In this document: one piece after another, positions 11,596 to 26,439 of the stretch
Layout of the letters: every line of letters begins with the position of its first letter
How positions within the stretch are numbered: the stretch's first letter is position 1
Assembly (NCBI GenBank): GCA_026770705.1
Contig: JANJGN010000007.1
Span: 109,554,001 to 109,618,000 of the forward strand
DNA length: 64,000 bases
Source: Isurus oxyrinchus
Taxonomy: Eukaryota
Direction: 5' to 3'
Program-made: the position numbers and the translations under genes
Notes under the pieces: model-generated
What the model was told of the DNA's origin: nothing
Seen by the model: only the letters and a program-made list of their open reading frames with translations
Database searches by the model: none

Positions 11596-13649
11596 GAATG
11601 TCCTGCTACCTTTTTCGGATCTGTGGATGTGCAATCGGATGTCCCTACGTTCCTCTACACCTCTCGGTGCCCTGCCATTTATTTTGTATTCCCTTGCCTT
11701 GTTTGCCCTCCCAAAATGCATAACTTCATATTTCTCTGGGCTGAATTCCATCTGCCACCTTCCTTTTCACCTGACAATCCATGCAGACCTCTACAGCCTC
11801 CTCCCTCATTATCAACAAGAGCAAGTTTGTATCATCTGCAAACTCCTTAACCATGTGCAATAAATTTAGCTTTCAGTTATTGATATATACCAGTAAAAGC
11901 AATGAACCTAGAACTGAGCCCTGTGGAATACGCCTGGAAACAGCCTTCGAGTTGCAAAAGACATTGGTTGACAATTACCCTTTGCTTCCTGCTACTGAAC
12001 CAGTTTTGGGTCCAACTTTCCACTTTCCTTGGATCTTCAGGGGCTCTTATTTTTCTGACCAGTCTGCCATGTTAAAACTTGCCAAACGTCATGCTAAAGT
12101 CCACGTAGACTAGATTAAATGTGCCACACACATTGGCTCAACTTGCTACCTCCCCAAATAAATCAATGAGATTAGCCAGGCACAAACTTCCCTGAGTATG
12201 TCAACGGGGTTGCCATTGATTAATAGTGCAATTTTTAATGAAGTTATACTAGTCCTCAGCTTTTTTCTTACAAGTATTTAGCCCACAGCCAATGTTATTC
12301 TGTCTGCTCTGTAATTACTGGGTCTATCATTTCTCCTTTTTTAAACAACGACATAATTTTTAGTAGTCCGCTAGTCCACTGGCACCAGGCCGGTCGCCAG
12401 AGAGGATTAGAAAATGATAGCCAGAGCTCGCATTATTTCCTGCCTTGCTTCACTGAGCAGCTATATTCTCTCACACAATGCTTATACCGTCCAATAGTTC
12501 ACAATCCTCTTTCTTAACTGCAATGTCCATATAAAGCGTTTCTTTGTAAAGACAGACGCAAAGCATTCACTGAGAATCATGCCCACGTCTTCCACCTTCA
12601 CACAGGAAATTCGTTTTTCTGCCCTCTTATCAACCTGTCTCCTTCTGTAGCTATTCGTTTTTGTTGTTTTTTTTATTCATAAAGTACCTTGCGGCTTTCC
12701 TTAATATCACTTGTCAATGTTTCTCATGCCCTGTCATTGCCATCCTAATTTCCTTTTAAATTTCACTCGAGCATTTTCCACACTCCTTCAAGCTTTCTGC
12801 AGTATAGACCTCTCAATGTGTGACAGAACCGATTTTCCCTTATCCTACATGTATGCTCTTTGATCTCCAGAAGGCATCGTGGTGCGGGAATTTCCACAAC
12901 TTGAAGTCCCACCCTTTTCCTTTTGTGGAAATATAATTGACTTGAATCATCTGCAATGCCTTTATGAATGGTTCCTGATGCTCTCACGTGTATTTACCTT
13001 CAAAAAGCTGTTTCCAGTTCACCTTTGCCAAATATTATTTCAGCTTATTATTTGGGCCTTTCCCAGATGTCAGGCTTTCACTCTTGACCTGTCTTGGACC
13101 TTTTTCATAACTATGCTAAGTCTAATTTAATTATGGTTATCACTCCCCCACTGATACGGCTTCTACCTGTCCAGTTTCATTTCCTAAAATTAAGTTAAAA
13201 CAGTTATTTTTCATTTAGGGTAAGCATTGTACTGCCTTTAAAAAGTCCCCCTGAATGCAATTTAAAAATTCTGCACCCTCTATACCTTTTATAATGCTTT
13301 TATCCCACTTAAGACAGTGTAGTTGAAATTCCATTCTATTACTGCCCTATTTTTTTCTGCATTTCTCAATAACTTGCCTACATATTTACCCAACTATCTC
13401 TCCCTCACTGTCTGAGGGATCTACTTTGCCCTCCCAACAATGTTATTGCATCATTTTGTTCCTCTATTTAACCTTCCCGGTTTCATTAAATTATCCTTGC
13501 AGCATAACATGCTTCTTCATAGCTTTCACCAAAATTGCCACACCTCCCTATTTTATCCCCCTCCCCATCCTGCCCGAAAGCCCCATGCTTGCATTTCCTT
13601 TATCCATGTTTCAATAATAGTTATGGTATCAAACCTATGTGTCCACTCT

Positions 13650-14975
13650 TGACCATCAGCAATGCAATGGAAAGTGTCAATGACGGTGCTATCAAGCAGC
13701 ATTTACACGGCATTAATCTGCTCATAGGAATTCTGTTTTGGTTCCACCAGGGCCATTAGCCTCCTAACCTCAATGAAGCCTTGTCCCAAGCATTGACAAA
13801 AACAATCTGAACACAAGACATCAAGGCAAGCATTTGACTGAGTGTGGCATCAGGGATCCTTCACAAAATTGAAGTCAATAGGAATCATGTGGGGAAATGT
13901 ACCATTGGTTGGAGTAAGGCCTGGCACAAAGGAATGTGGTTGGCGTTGTTGGACCCTGTCATCTCAGCTCCAGCACATCGCTGTAGGAGGTCCTCATGGT
14001 AGTATCCTGGGTCTTCTTCAGCTGCTTCATCAATGCCCTTCCCTTCATCATATAGTTAGAAATCGGGGTGTTTGCTGCTGATTTCACAGTATTCAGTCAC
14101 ATTCACGGTTCCACAGATACTGAAATATTTCGTAGCCATATGCAGTGGCACCTGGACAACATTCAGGCTTGGGCGCATAATTGTCAAGTAACATTCGTGC
14201 CACACTAGTCTCAGGCAATGACAGTCTCCAACAAGATACTATCTAACCATCTTTGCCCGATATTCAATGGCATTACCATCGCTGAAACCCCACCATCAAA
14301 ATCCTGGGGGCTACCATTGACAAGAAACTTAATTGGACCAGCCATATACATACTACGACTACAAGACCAGGTCAGGAGTTGAGAATTCTACAGTGAATAA
14401 CTCATCCCCTGACAGCACAAAGCCTGTCCACCATCTACAGGGCACAAGTCAGGAGTGTGATGGATAACTCTCCATTTGCCTGAATGAGTGTGGCTCCAGC
14501 AAAGGAATATGGTTGTGGTTGTTCATCACCAACCAGGATGAAGTATCCCGCTTTATCAACAATCCATCCACCACCTCAAACATTTATTCCCCTCCAAACT
14601 GACGGACAATGGCATGAGTGTGTACCAGCTGCAAGATGCTCTATAGCAACTCGCAGCAGCCACTTCAACAGCACTTTCAAAACCCACTGTCTCTACCATC
14701 TCGAAATACAAAGACAGCAGATGCATGGGAAGATCACCACCTGCAATTCCCCTCCAAGCTACACAGCATCATGACTTGGAACTACAGTGCCATTCCTTCA
14801 CTGTCTTCAATCAAACTCCTGGAACTCGCTTCCAATCATCACTGTGGGTGTACCTGCACCAGATGGACTGCAGCAGTTTAATATGGTGGCTCACCATCAC
14901 CTTCTCAAGGTCAATTAGGAATTGGCGACAATTGCTAGTCTTGCCAGTGATGCTCATATCCCAAGGAAGAATAAA
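13650..14975 (+). mobile_element. 5'-truncated LINE family B
   Basis: RT-region remnants collinear with 35700-37110 and 59900-61030. Tail at ~14905-14975. Confidence 0.8.
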
Positions 14976-16043
14976 GCAACCTGCGCCCTCAGCTCATTGT
15001 TTTATTTACTAACCTCTTTTCATTGACGTATATACCAGTAATCTTTGAATAACTCATGTATTACCTATTGTTTAGCTTTTGTTTTCTCTGCTTTTAATAC
15101 TCGTTTACGAATTTTCTGCCTTCCATTTCCAGCAGTGCTTCTCTCCCTTCTCAATCTGCACTCAGATTTCCAGCGCCCTGTCACATTACTTTAAAACCTT
15201 CCCAAATTCAGCAGTAAGTTTCGCCCTGCAGATAGGTCCAGGCGCTACTGTGATGCAACCCGGCTAACTTCTACATGTCCCATCTCCCCCAGAACTGGTC
15301 GCAATGCCTCGGGAACCTAAAGCCCTCCATCCTGCATATTCCTTCCAACCACGTATTCATTTGCACTATCTACCTATTTCTCCAGGAATAACCTAGAGAT
15401 TACTGATTTAAGGTCCTGCTTGTTAATTCTTTTCCTAGCCCCTTGGAACCTGTGACCAGGGCCTTATACCTATTTCTACCTGTCCTTGAAACCAGACGAG
15501 TCAGGGCCACCAGCTGTTCCCAACTCAGAAGGTTCTGCAGCCGCTCAATGATATTATTTTATCTGGCTCCAGGGAGGCAATGTGTTTTCCTAGAGTCACA
15601 TCTGTGGCCGCAGAAATACCTGTCTGTTCCTGCAGCTATTGAAAACCCTAAAACCATTGATTTTCTGATTCCCTCTTCTCACCTCCCCTGGACAACTGAG
15701 CGAGCTACACTGTGGTGGACTTGGGCCTGGTTGCAGTCCCCAGAGGCACCATCACCATCACCGATATTCATGATTGAGCACCGGTTAGACAGCAAAGTGT
15801 ACTCAGGGGACTCCTGCACGAATTCCTGGTCCTCCCCGTCTGTTTGGCGATCACCCACTCCCTCCCTGTTTGCGCACCGTTAAGCTGCAGGGTGACCACA
15901 TCCTGAAAGATGATATCCACTTATCTCTAAGCCTCACAGATGTAGCAGTGACACCAGCTACTGCTCAGGCTCTGAAACCCCGAGCTCGAGATCCTCCATC
16001 TTATGACTTCGCAAATGTGGTTTCCAGGATAGTAGAACATTAC

Positions 16044-16345
16044 GGGCTGAATTTTACATCCTGACGCGATCGTGCACTCGGGCGATAATTCACTCAGTAG
16101 GTGCACGCAAAAGTCAGAAGGGGCCTGCTGACAATTAAGAGGGTAATTAAGCCCGTTAACGGCGCAATTGCCTCCGATTTTTGGTGACCCCCACCACAGC
16201 AGTGCCCAGCATTTCAGTGTGCATTTCACGCTGGCTGAACTTGGCCAGCCACTGTGAAATCACAGTCAGGCGCCGATCGCGGTCGGTAATCTGTTTCCCT
16301 ACTGCTGCCAGGCCGGTCAATTGGGCGCGCTGTAAAATTCAGGCC
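16044..16345. mobile_element. ~300-bp MITE with 15-bp terminal inverted repeats (Harbinger-like ends)
   Basis: GGGCTGAATTTTACA (16044-16058) vs TGTAAAATTCAGGCC (16331-16345), one mismatch. No clean target-site duplication. Confidence 0.7.
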
Positions 16346-16775
16346 AATGTTTCGAGTCAATATGACTCCTTCAGAGCTGAAAAGGGGTAGAAATGTGATG
16401 GATTTTATACTGTTGAAGAGAGAAGATGGATAAGCTGGAGCAAATTAGTTGATCAGGGATAGGTGGGAGCTCAGGAGGGATGTGACAACGATGTCCTGGA
16501 CACAACACAAGGGGAGTGGCAATGACAGTGTTAAAGACTAAGGCAGGTGCTAAAAATTGCACAAAGAGCAGGCAGCAGAATGTGTCAATAACAGAGCAAA
16601 AGTCATCGCTCTCTGAAAACAAAACATACGAACAAGTTACATACTGGCTTTGTGGAGGGATTGGGTTAAGAAAAAAAATATCAACATGGAGGATAGAGTT
16701 CATAGTCTGAATTTGTTGAAGTTCTTGCTAAGTGATGCCTAATCAGAAGATGAGTTGCTGTTCCTCTGGTTTGGG
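16346..16775 (-). mobile_element. Decayed Penelope-like element 3' region
   Basis: The minus strand carries an EEQQLIF-like GIY-YIG end near 16745-16775 and a terminal TCTGAAGGAGTCATATTGACTCGAAAC motif near 16350-16376. Confidence 0.65.
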
Positions 16776-18419
16776 GAACTGCAGGAACAGTACCTCATTT
16801 TTTTCACCCAGAGGGTGGCTGGAATCTGGAACACACTGCCTGAGGGGATGGTAGAGGCAGGAACTCTCACAAGTGTTTGGATGAGCACTTGAAACTTTGT
16901 AGCACACAGGGTTACGGGCCAAGTGCTGTAAAATGGGATTAGAATGACTAGGTGCTTTTTGGCCGGCACGGACACGACAAGCTCAGACCATGCACTCTGT
17001 CCTCCATTTTGATATTTTTCCCCAACATCCTTCTCCTTTTATTTTAGCTAAAATGTAAATCGACTTACCTGCCCAGACTGGAAGATCCAGAATCTTCACT
17101 TTCTATAGTCGATGCACTCGATTGAGCACCTGATGGGTCACCTGTCATGTGTTAGGGGGCCCTTTAACATGCTGGTCATTACCGTTATACAAGTGCCTGC
17201 AGCTTCCGAGGCAGGACAACCCGCCCTCCAGCACTCTTTGGCCGCGGGGGGGTGGGGGGGGGGGTGGAATGAATGTCTGTAAGCTGTCTTTGCCGCCATT
17301 TCGCTGCAATTAGCGCATTATCGGACCACACCAACTGCTGCGGAATCCGCCGTTGACGACCGATCATATTATTCAGCCCGAGGATATGGATTTGGAATTT
17401 AGTACATTAGACAACGAGGAAGCAGTAAGTCAGTGATTGAATGATAGTTAGTGCAGAATGGAGCATATGCAGGAGTCGGTGTTTATGAATGACGAGACGT
17501 CAGTACAAAAAGCATTAAAATATCGGAAGTGGAGGTGGCAGAGGTATTTAAAAGGGATTACTCTTCTGGGAATGGAGGATGTGAAATGTTGGGGTCATGG
17601 ATCGATGTGGAATGTTTAACAGTAAAATATGTAGTAGACGTTGATTGTGCTTATTTGTTCCAAGGAGTTGTGTGCCAAGCAACTGTCAGAAAATACATTC
17701 TAAATTTGATAAATTGTCTTATTTAAAACGTGGAGATTAAGGAGGTAAGGAAGCAAAATTAAATCTCTATATTTCTGTTTATATCAAGGCAATTGGGTTA
17801 AAGAGTAACAAAAGCCTACGTAAATGTTCATTGGAAGAAATACAAAACTCATCTAAAGTCTGAGCAACTAAGTAAGGTGATTGTTCGCCAAACTGAGCAT
17901 GAATGTGGGAAAATAAAGGTGGTTGGAGACGTTGTGATACGAATTTGAGTGACAATGGACATATGGCTATAGTACAGGAAATATGTTATAACAGGCTGTC
18001 CTTTCAATGCTACTCAATTGAGGCTATAGCAGTAAGGCAGATTTCATAAGCAGAAGGAAGACTCCGATGGAACACACTTGCGTAGTTATTGTGTCACCAG
18101 GTTAAATTGCGTAACAGGGTTTACAATTATCCACGTCTGGAATTACTTTATCATGGAGAATATACTGGATGGTTGTTCTATTCTCTCGCTTTTTATCCAA
18201 AAGACAAAACGGCAGACTAATGTGTTCAAACTTTCATTTAGAAGTAAGCCAACATACAGAAACAGAAAGACACATTTGGATACCAGAAATGTATTATTTT
18301 CAGTAAGGGAAACAGAAACTAGGTATAAAGATAAACAATACTATATGTATCGTATTACTTTCCATTGTAATCTGCAAGATTTTGTGTCTTGTTTTGTAGG
18401 CTTCCCCTGTTCTCTGCTA

Positions 18420-20300
18420 TGCGGGGATGAAGTATAAACATAGGGAAGGCTTGCTACAACTGAACAAGGCTTGATAAGACAACACCTAGAGCGCTGCCTA
18501 TAGTTTTGGTATGTTATTTAAGGAGGGAAATGCTTGCATTGGAAGAAGTTCAAATAAGGTACACTAGGTTGATTCCTGGGATAAAGGGGTTGTCTTATGA
18601 GGAAAGGTTGAACAGATTGTGCCTATGCTCACTGGAGTTCAGAACACTGAAGAGTGGTCTTGTTGAAACATACAAGATTCTCATAGGGCTCGAAAGGATA
18701 GATGCTGGGACGATGTTTCTCCTCATGGAGGAATCCAGAACTAAGGGGGTACAGTTTCCGAATCAGGTAATTATCATTTAAGGCTGAGATGAAGGGTGTT
18801 TTCTTTTCTCTGTAATCTTTGGAAATATTTATTGCAGAGAACTGATCGGAGAGAGCTGGCATGGATTTGGAAAAGCCATGTAAGCCTGACGAACTTGGCT
18901 GATTCTTTTGAAGTCATTGACAAGAAGTGGCTATGAATGTAATTGATATGAGCTTTCAGCAGATTTGATCAAGTTCCTTATAAGAGGTTTCATGTAAGAT
19001 TTGAGCTGAGGGGATTGAAGGTAAATTATTGGCCTGCTTAGGAAATTGGCTGACTGTAAAGGGACAGAGAGTATGCATCATGGACAGATACCCTGTTTGG
19101 CATGACCTGATGAATGTTGTCCCACAAGGATTTGTGATGGGCCCTCAGCTATTCACCCATTTGCCGGATTTGTTAAGGACTTAGATGATGGTATAAACAA
19201 CCGCATATCCAAGTTTGCTGATGAAAAAAAGATAAACGGTTTTGTAAGCAGTGTAGGTAGAAGCAAAAAAGTACAAAGAGATATCAATAGATTAACTGAA
19301 TGGACAACTCTGTGCCAAATGGATTTCAAAGTAGAAAAATGTGGGTTCATCGACTTTGCACCTAAACAGGATAGGATAGAGTGATTTCTAAATGGTGAAC
19401 GGTTTAAAACACTGGAGGTCCATTGGGACTGGGCATCCATGTGCACTGATCGTTAAAATGTCATGAACCGATACAGAAAACATTTAAAAAGTGTAATGGT
19501 ATGCTTGGCTTTATATCTAAAATACGAGAATACAAGGGGGCAGAATTTATGCTTCAGGCATGCAAAGACTTGGAGAGCACACCTGGTATACCGTGGGCAG
19601 TTTGGGCTTTACACCTTAGGCAGGGTTGCCCTTGGAGGGAAGGCAGCGCAGGTTTACAAGGATAATGCCTGGGTTCCGAAGGTTAAAATATAAAAAGAGA
19701 TTACACAAACTGGGGTTGTTATCCCTGGAAGTTAGATGGTAATGGGTGATTTGGTCTATATTTTCAAGATTTTAAGGGGAACAGAGAGGGAAGTTAGAGT
19801 TAAACTATTTCTGGTGTTTTGGGGGGCTAACACTAGGGGGTGCCGCCTATAAATTAGAGCCAGACCTTTCAGAATTGAAATTCTACCACAAAGAGTAGTA
19901 GAAGTTTGGAACTCTGTTCCGCAAATCGCAGCTCACGTTAGATCAACTCAGCTGGTCAGGAAGCATCAATGCACAGAAACAGAATAAATGTTTCTGGTCG
20001 AGATGACCATATATTCTAATGTCATCTCGACCTGAAACAACTAATTCAGTTTTTTTTTCCTCGGAAGTTGCCCCACCTGCAGAGTATTTCCTGCACTTTA
20101 TATTTTTATTTTAGCTTTGTAGCATCCACTGTATTTTTCTTTTGTATTCTCGATCAATTGTTTATTATAAACTTGAGTCTGATAGATTTTTGTTAACAAA
20201 AGGTATGAAGGGATATAGAGTTAGCTGACAGATGAGCCATGATCTCATTGACCGGCAAACTTACTAGAGGAGATCAAAAGCCTAAATTTGTTCCCATGTT
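18420..20300 (+). mobile_element. Two adjacent decayed CR1 RT/3' fragments
   Basis: ORF 18506-18781 (LEEVQIRYTRLIPGIKGLSYEERLNRL). The second fragment from ~18860 includes SKFADE at ~19208. Confidence 0.8.
19945..20146. mobile_element. Old ~200-bp fold-back Penelope-terminus insertion within CR1
   Basis: Central inverted repeat GTTTCTGGTCGAGATGAC / GTCATCTCGACCTGAAAC. The arms resemble the Penelope terminus, and GATCAA is repeated on both flanks. Confidence 0.6.
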
Positions 20301-22656
20301 GTTAAATGCCTAGATTGCACATCTATCTGGGCGCAACTTGGATCTGTAAGTGTTTCATCTTGTTTTTGCGATGATGAATGGATTCGATTCCGCTTTTACC
20401 TACAGCACACCCTGATCAGCGTATCGAAAACCTTTACTGCGTGTATTGAATGCCGGTGCGCCGTATACTAACCAATGGGGCTCGCCATCTTAATGACTGT
20501 AAATATATATATCAAAATCCAGCGACTCATATCTGCTATAAGTAGGACGAGTCTGTTTGTCCGGCCCATGATTGTGCAAATGTGCTTCGGCTGTGATGGC
20601 GACCTGTCGGATGCAATGACAGACGTATCTCATCCTCATTTACCTGATGGTCTTATTTCCTGTAAACGTTTTTTGGGCGTCATGGGGACTCCCCTCATCC
20701 GCTGCCTGATCATAGCGCCCAGATTACCTGAATTCACATGTGCTGATCAGGTGACTTCTGATAAATGATTACAATGTCAATTAGGATTTATCACTACTTC
20801 ATTAGCAGTAACCGCCAATCAAATACCCTCATGTTTGAAGCACATATGCACGTTCAGTGTACATAATGCAGGCTTATGGAGTCTGTGTACATGTGTGTGT
20901 ATGTGTGACTAATTTAATTAAGCTGAAGATAGTCAGACGGTTTAAACAATGATAGAATTATGTGCAAAAGCAGGCTTTTTGATGTGGAGATGGACAGGTT
21001 AGATGGGATATATGTAAATATAACATTAATAAGAATTTGCATTATGAGATAAATGAGTAGTTGAATTTTTAGCTGTTGATTTTCAAAGAGAAAGAAAATG
21101 ATATTTTTCAACTAGCAAAGTTCATAAATCAACAAAACAAAGTCATTACGTTTACTTTTCCCGAAGTGGTGGCCATAAAAACAACACTTTTACATTCTGG
21201 GAAAGGTAACTTTTTGACAGGAGTTCCTGGAATACCTGATGCTTTCAACACCTTCTTGACCATAACTTCAGTTTTTTTTTAAAGATACATGCCAACTTTA
21301 AGACTTCTTAACAAAGTTTGCAAAAAATCACGAATTATTCCAACAATGCATACAAATTAAGAGTCTTCATCATTTAGCTTAAGCACAGTACAATTTAATA
21401 ACTTAAATGTTATTAATTACACAAATGTGCCAACACGATGAAGCCCAATACATATCTCGATGCCTTGTGTATTACATTGTTTGGAAAAGGTAATATTGTT
21501 AATAGCAAAACAGTGATTGCAGCGCAATTTGACACGAGTGCAAACGAATAGGAGATAAATTTAAGGTTAATATCAGGAAGATTTATCTTCACACAACAGT
21601 GGTCAACACATGGAAGGAACCACCAAGCAAATGAGCAGTGATGCAAAAATCCATGGAATAAATTCAGAAACATTTAGATATTCGATTTGGAGGGTAGGAT
21701 CATCCAGGACGCAGGGCTCACATTTATTTTCTCATCTGCATCTACCTTGCGCATGTGATTTCTGCTACAAGTTATGTGTACGTGTCCCGTTAGGACCTAG
21801 TTCTGGCTCCAGTACTACGTTCTACCTCCAATCAGCAATGGGAGTGAAGCGTGATGAATGGACATTTGGATCAACGTGACTGGCACAGTAGGGCTAGTGG
21901 TGCCGATTTGCAGGGTGGGGGGGGGGGGGGTGCGGGGGGAAGTGAAATTGAAAGCAGGCTTTCTGTTATGCTAGGTTTGCATACTTTCAGCCACATTATA
22001 ACGAGATTTTTATGAAACTTCTTTTTGGAAATATCAAAGCAAGTATTTAATGGGGTTTTATTTTTAAGCTAAATTCGTCTTCCAAAGTCTTCTCGCTGGT
22101 TACAATATAAACCACCTCGCTACCGTTTCTATTGTAATTCATCGTTCAGAAAGAAGCAGATTCGTGTTCTGTGGGTCACATAATCTCGCGCCTAAGGCTC
22201 TGAGCACATTTCTCCTTGGTAAAATGCACGCTCTCAACACCGCAGACCAATCCAATTGCACCTATTTTGTTTATAGAACGCTTATTATATAAAGCATATT
22301 TTGCTATACGTCTTACTGAGTGGCTTAGTATTAACACCTGCACTTGTGTAATTGAAGCTTCCTGAGCAGAAATAACTTTAGTATCTGCTTAAATTTAATG
22401 GACCGTAAAATCGCCTTGTAATATATCGCCGCCGCACAGCCGTTTTAATCACAATGCCAAACATTCGCCCGGTCACCGCAACGAATTGAATGAGATAAAT
22501 TTAACATTTTATTGTGCAAGTTCTGTTGTTCATTTCACAATATCCAAACCAAAGAACAAAAACAACAATTGGCCTAATGCTAGTGAAAGTTTAGGCTAGT
22601 CTGCTTTAAATAAAGAATTATCATTTGTATTTTTGTATATATTATCAGCGCGGTAT

Positions 22657-22950
22657 ACATAGAGTCATAGAGACTTACAGCACAGAAACAGGCCCTTCGG
22701 CTCATCGCGTCGGTTCCGGCCATCAAGCACCTATTTATTCTAATCCCATTTTCCAGCACTTGGCCCGTAGCCCTGTATGTTAAGGCGTTTCAAGTGCTCA
22801 TCTAGTTACTTCTTAAATGTTCTCATGGTTCCTGCCTCTAGCACGCCACCAGGCAGTGTGCCCAGATTCCAACCACCCTCTGGGTGAACAAAAAAATCCT
22901 CAAATCCCCTCTAAACCTTCTGCCCTTTATTTTAAATCTGTGCCCCTATG
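22657..22950 (-). mobile_element. CR1 3' tail
   Basis: ACATAGAGTCATAGAG..ACAGCACAGAAACAGGCCCTTCGG terminus, the same as the short copy at ~1748-1820. Confidence 0.75.
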
Positions 22951-23834
22951 GTTATGGTTAAAGCTTTGGTTATTGATGCTGCGTTAAAGCTTGTCATTTT
23001 TTCTATCTGATATTTACTTTGGTTTACAGGCATGCACACAATTTGGAAAGCCGATGAAACGTAATTCCCAGGTCTAAAAATTAAATTAAGAGTTGAGATA
23101 TCTGTCAGTATCGATCTCTCTAAGCTAGTCCAATGAGTAAATACCAAATGCTATGTCAGATTTGTGTCACATTTTTAAAAAATCTTTTGCCAGGTTGTGG
23201 TATACATGTAAGCATCTGCTTTATTTTTGCAACAATTAATCAATTTTAAGATCCACTAAGATTTCCACGAAGCAATTCGAGCTCATCCTTTTCATTGCGG
23301 CATATTTATTTTAGCTAAGGTAACAGCGATGCAGAAAGTAGTATGAGCGAAACTACACAAGATGAGACATGAACAGTGCTGGAGGTGAACTTGTAATGAG
23401 GCGTAACCTAAATGAAATGGCATTTAAATACTTGTCTATGGTGATAAAGGTTTTGTTCCTTGCCAGCAATCTTTATTTAATTGATCTTTATTCAATGCAT
23501 CGCCGGCTACAAGTTAATGCCCTGGGGATGTCCAGTTAATGTTCAGAGGCAACAGCAAGAAGTTAATCCTTTATGAGTTGTTCACTGCGTGGACTGTACA
23601 TAAAAAACACCACGTAGAAATTGTTAGAATTCCTCCTCTAGTTGCTTACTTTCGTTGGTTTAATCCCAAGTAGCATCCTGCCCATTCAGTAAAAAAAATC
23701 CATTCCAGATATATATCTGCCATTTCAATAAAAGCAAAATACTGCGGATACTGCAACTCTGAAACGAAAACAGAAAGTGTTGGAAAACTCAACATGTCAG
23801 GCAGCATTTTGAGTCGAGCGTTACCCTCCTACTG

Positions 23835-24079
23835 AAGGCAGTTAAGAATCAACCATATTTCTGTTGCGTATACGTCATTTGCTTTCCTCAAGGACATTCG
23901 TGAACCAGATGGGATTTTACAACAATCAATGATTCATCTCAAGGTCGCCATTTCTGGGACCGGCTTTATATTTTAGATGTATTAATTGAATTAAAATTCC
24001 TTGTTGGAATTTGAACCCATGTTCCCATGGGCTCACGGTTTAGTCGTGTGGTGACATTGTCACAAAACCACCGTCTCCC
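23835..24079 (-). mobile_element. SINE of the 2545-2890 family (head and body)
   Basis: The minus strand has GGGTTCAAATTCC (B-box) and GTTGTAAAATCCCATCTGGTTCACGAATGTCC. Confidence 0.65.
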
Positions 24080-24102
24080 TCAGTGTAACTAATAATGTGT
24101 AG

Positions 24103-24990
24103 CGGGCGGGATTTTGTGCAGGCAACGAGGTTCAGGGAGCCATCTTTAAATCCAGTCTCCAGTCTTAATACATTGCTGGTTGCGCAAAATGAAGTCTGCA
24201 GATGGGATGCAGTAGAAGGTAAATTGTGGAGGTATGGCTGGAGTGTGTGGAGATGGGCGCATCCCTAAAGGTGCTTCTGCAAGGTGGTGGTGGCTGTGGT
24301 GGGGGTGGGGGTGGGTGGCGGGGTGGGGGGGGGGGGGGGGGGTGGTGGGTGAGGGGAGAGAGAGAGGGACTATTCCCAGAGGGCTGAAGGAGCAAACCGG
24401 CCAGCTTCCTAAAGAAGGTTGGGCTGGAGGTGGTTGATGAAAAGAGCAGCTTCAGGTCATAGCACAGACATGTGCCAGAAGCATGTCAATGATCTAGTAA
24501 GGGCTGACAAGGTAAGTGTCATGCATGATGGCCAAGCGGCGGATCCGCATGTATATGATCATCATGTAAACGATGTGAACAGCCCATGCGCGAGGACTCA
24601 AGAACCACCAATTAGAGCATCAAGGCAGACAGGGTAGAGTCATACCAGAGCACCATGACCAATCATTGGCACTCATTGCAATGCCAAGCTGAGACGAACA
24701 CATGCAACATGCCTCCCAGTGCTGCAATGATGGACATTGAGAGTGCCACAGTCTTATAAGCTTTGCATGAGCAGAGGAGTTGATCGCAGTGTTGCTGCAG
24801 AAAAGGGCTCAAAAATGCAAGATGGAGGTGAATGGGTGGAGGATTGCCCATCTTCACAACAATAAGGCAGATGGGGGAGTAGGAGTCTTCAGAGTGGCAA
24901 CTGGTCAGGCTATCACAAAGATTAAACCAGGTTTGGTGCCCCTGACGAGTGAGAGAAACAATAGGTGTGGGTGGAATCCGTCGCATTTGT
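24103..24990 (+). mobile_element. Harbinger remnant: terminal repeat plus Myb/SANT-like gene fragment
   Basis: GGGCGGGATTTT terminus at 24103. CQKHVNDLVRADK followed by a GTAAGT donor parallels the Myb-like gene at 55390-56340. Confidence 0.55.
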
Positions 24991-26439
24991 CTTTTCAGAG
25001 ACGCATGATGACCATGTGAAGCTCAGTTCATGGGTCTATATTGTGGTTAAATATTAGCAAAGATTAAATTAGTTAGCTCAAGACCAAAAAATTATGAATG
25101 AAAGTTGAAATGTTTCTAATACGTCAAGCCGCGTTCCGCCAAACAGCTTTGAAGCTAAGTAATGCGACTGCTGCTGTTAACTATAATTAGAATAAGATTA
25201 ATTTGCAGATTTCCGACTTCCCTTTGGAACTTTCCAATTTTGGCAAACATCCAGTAAACCCTCAAAAGCATTCAGCTAACCGATTTTCGCTGGACAGGAA
25301 GCAGAGTTCTGAGCGCACCATGAAAATATGCTTGAATATGCTGTGGAGCCAACAGAATAACTTGCATCTTCTGACTCGTCGGGATTAATTCCCCTCTATG
25401 AGACGTGTTTGAAAAATTCTGTCCATTCCCAAAATTCTAGTGAAGCGTAGAATTGATGCTCGTGATAAGTAAAAATGCAGTCCCCTTACTAACCTGTTTT
25501 ATTTGATTAGATTTGTTCAAGCAGTGAGTCTTACATATACAGCTACGTAATATAAAATGATCAGCGTGGATAAGTAGCACTGTTAAATTGCCAATGAACC
25601 CATGACAATATGAGTGATTCCATAACTGTAGGTGGCAATAGCTGTACCTACAAGATATATGAAATAAAGCAAAACTCAAATACTACATGAACTTCATTCA
25701 ATTCGCCTGAATTTAACCGCATTAGTTGTAAACCCTACAAATTAATTGACTATTTACATAGGAATGTAATAGGAGCTGCTCAGTGAAAAAGGACAGTGTC
25801 TATCTAACCCACCTTCTGCTATCCTGGTAGTGGCATGATACAATGATACTGAAGCTGTTGATTAATCATGGCTATCAAATTCTATCAATCAGTCCACAGC
25901 AGTGCTTCCGCGAGTCGAAAGTCACCTGTTTCTCTCAATCTTGCTGCACTTATTACGTGTCATTTTTCAAATTACCCATACACTGTATCCCAAAATGTAA
26001 TTTTCTGAAATAAATTTGATTTGCACATGCATGAATCTGTACTAACAATTTCAGCTGAGAAACATCTATCTTCATTTTTCCTTAGAAGCATTGCTTTCCA
26101 ATTTCAACTGTTCTATCCAATATCATTGCTTATCACACTGGTTTAACCATTTTGCTACTTTGTGTCAGTGGCGTTACATTTAAACTAAATTGTAAATGTG
26201 TCTGATAAAATGACAAAGCATTATGACTTCAATGTCTGAATCGCTTGAATAATCACATAGCTGGATTTCAAAGTTCAAATATTTTGAAGTGGAAATATAA
26301 AGGTAAATAAATTTTTCTTCATGAGAGTCTCGTTAAATGAGTGCAATAGTCATATACCACGTCATACATCAATCAACAAGACTGTTCAAATATAAATGAT
26401 AAATGTAGGCTGATTATAGTATAGTGGTAGATCTTTCCT

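Larger units (their letters stand above)
10530..16030 (-). mobile_element. Near full-length decayed CR1 LINE, interrupted by two nested insertions
   Basis: 3' tail at ~10530, RT remnants (ORF 11494-11751 MEFSPEKYEVMHFGRANK), ORF2 remnants to ~13600, and ORF1-like remnants at ~15200-16030. Nested elements at 11073-11595 and 13650-14975. Confidence 0.75.

Noticed and set aside
21413-21673. Hydrophobic minus-strand ORF as a possible TM exon for gene B
   Set aside because: The plus strand resembles a decayed CR1 3' end, and there are no convincing splice sites.
25490-25545. Small minus-strand exon-like segment reading AVYVRLTA* as a gene B tail
   Set aside because: Too short to distinguish from chance and not a full ITIM consensus.
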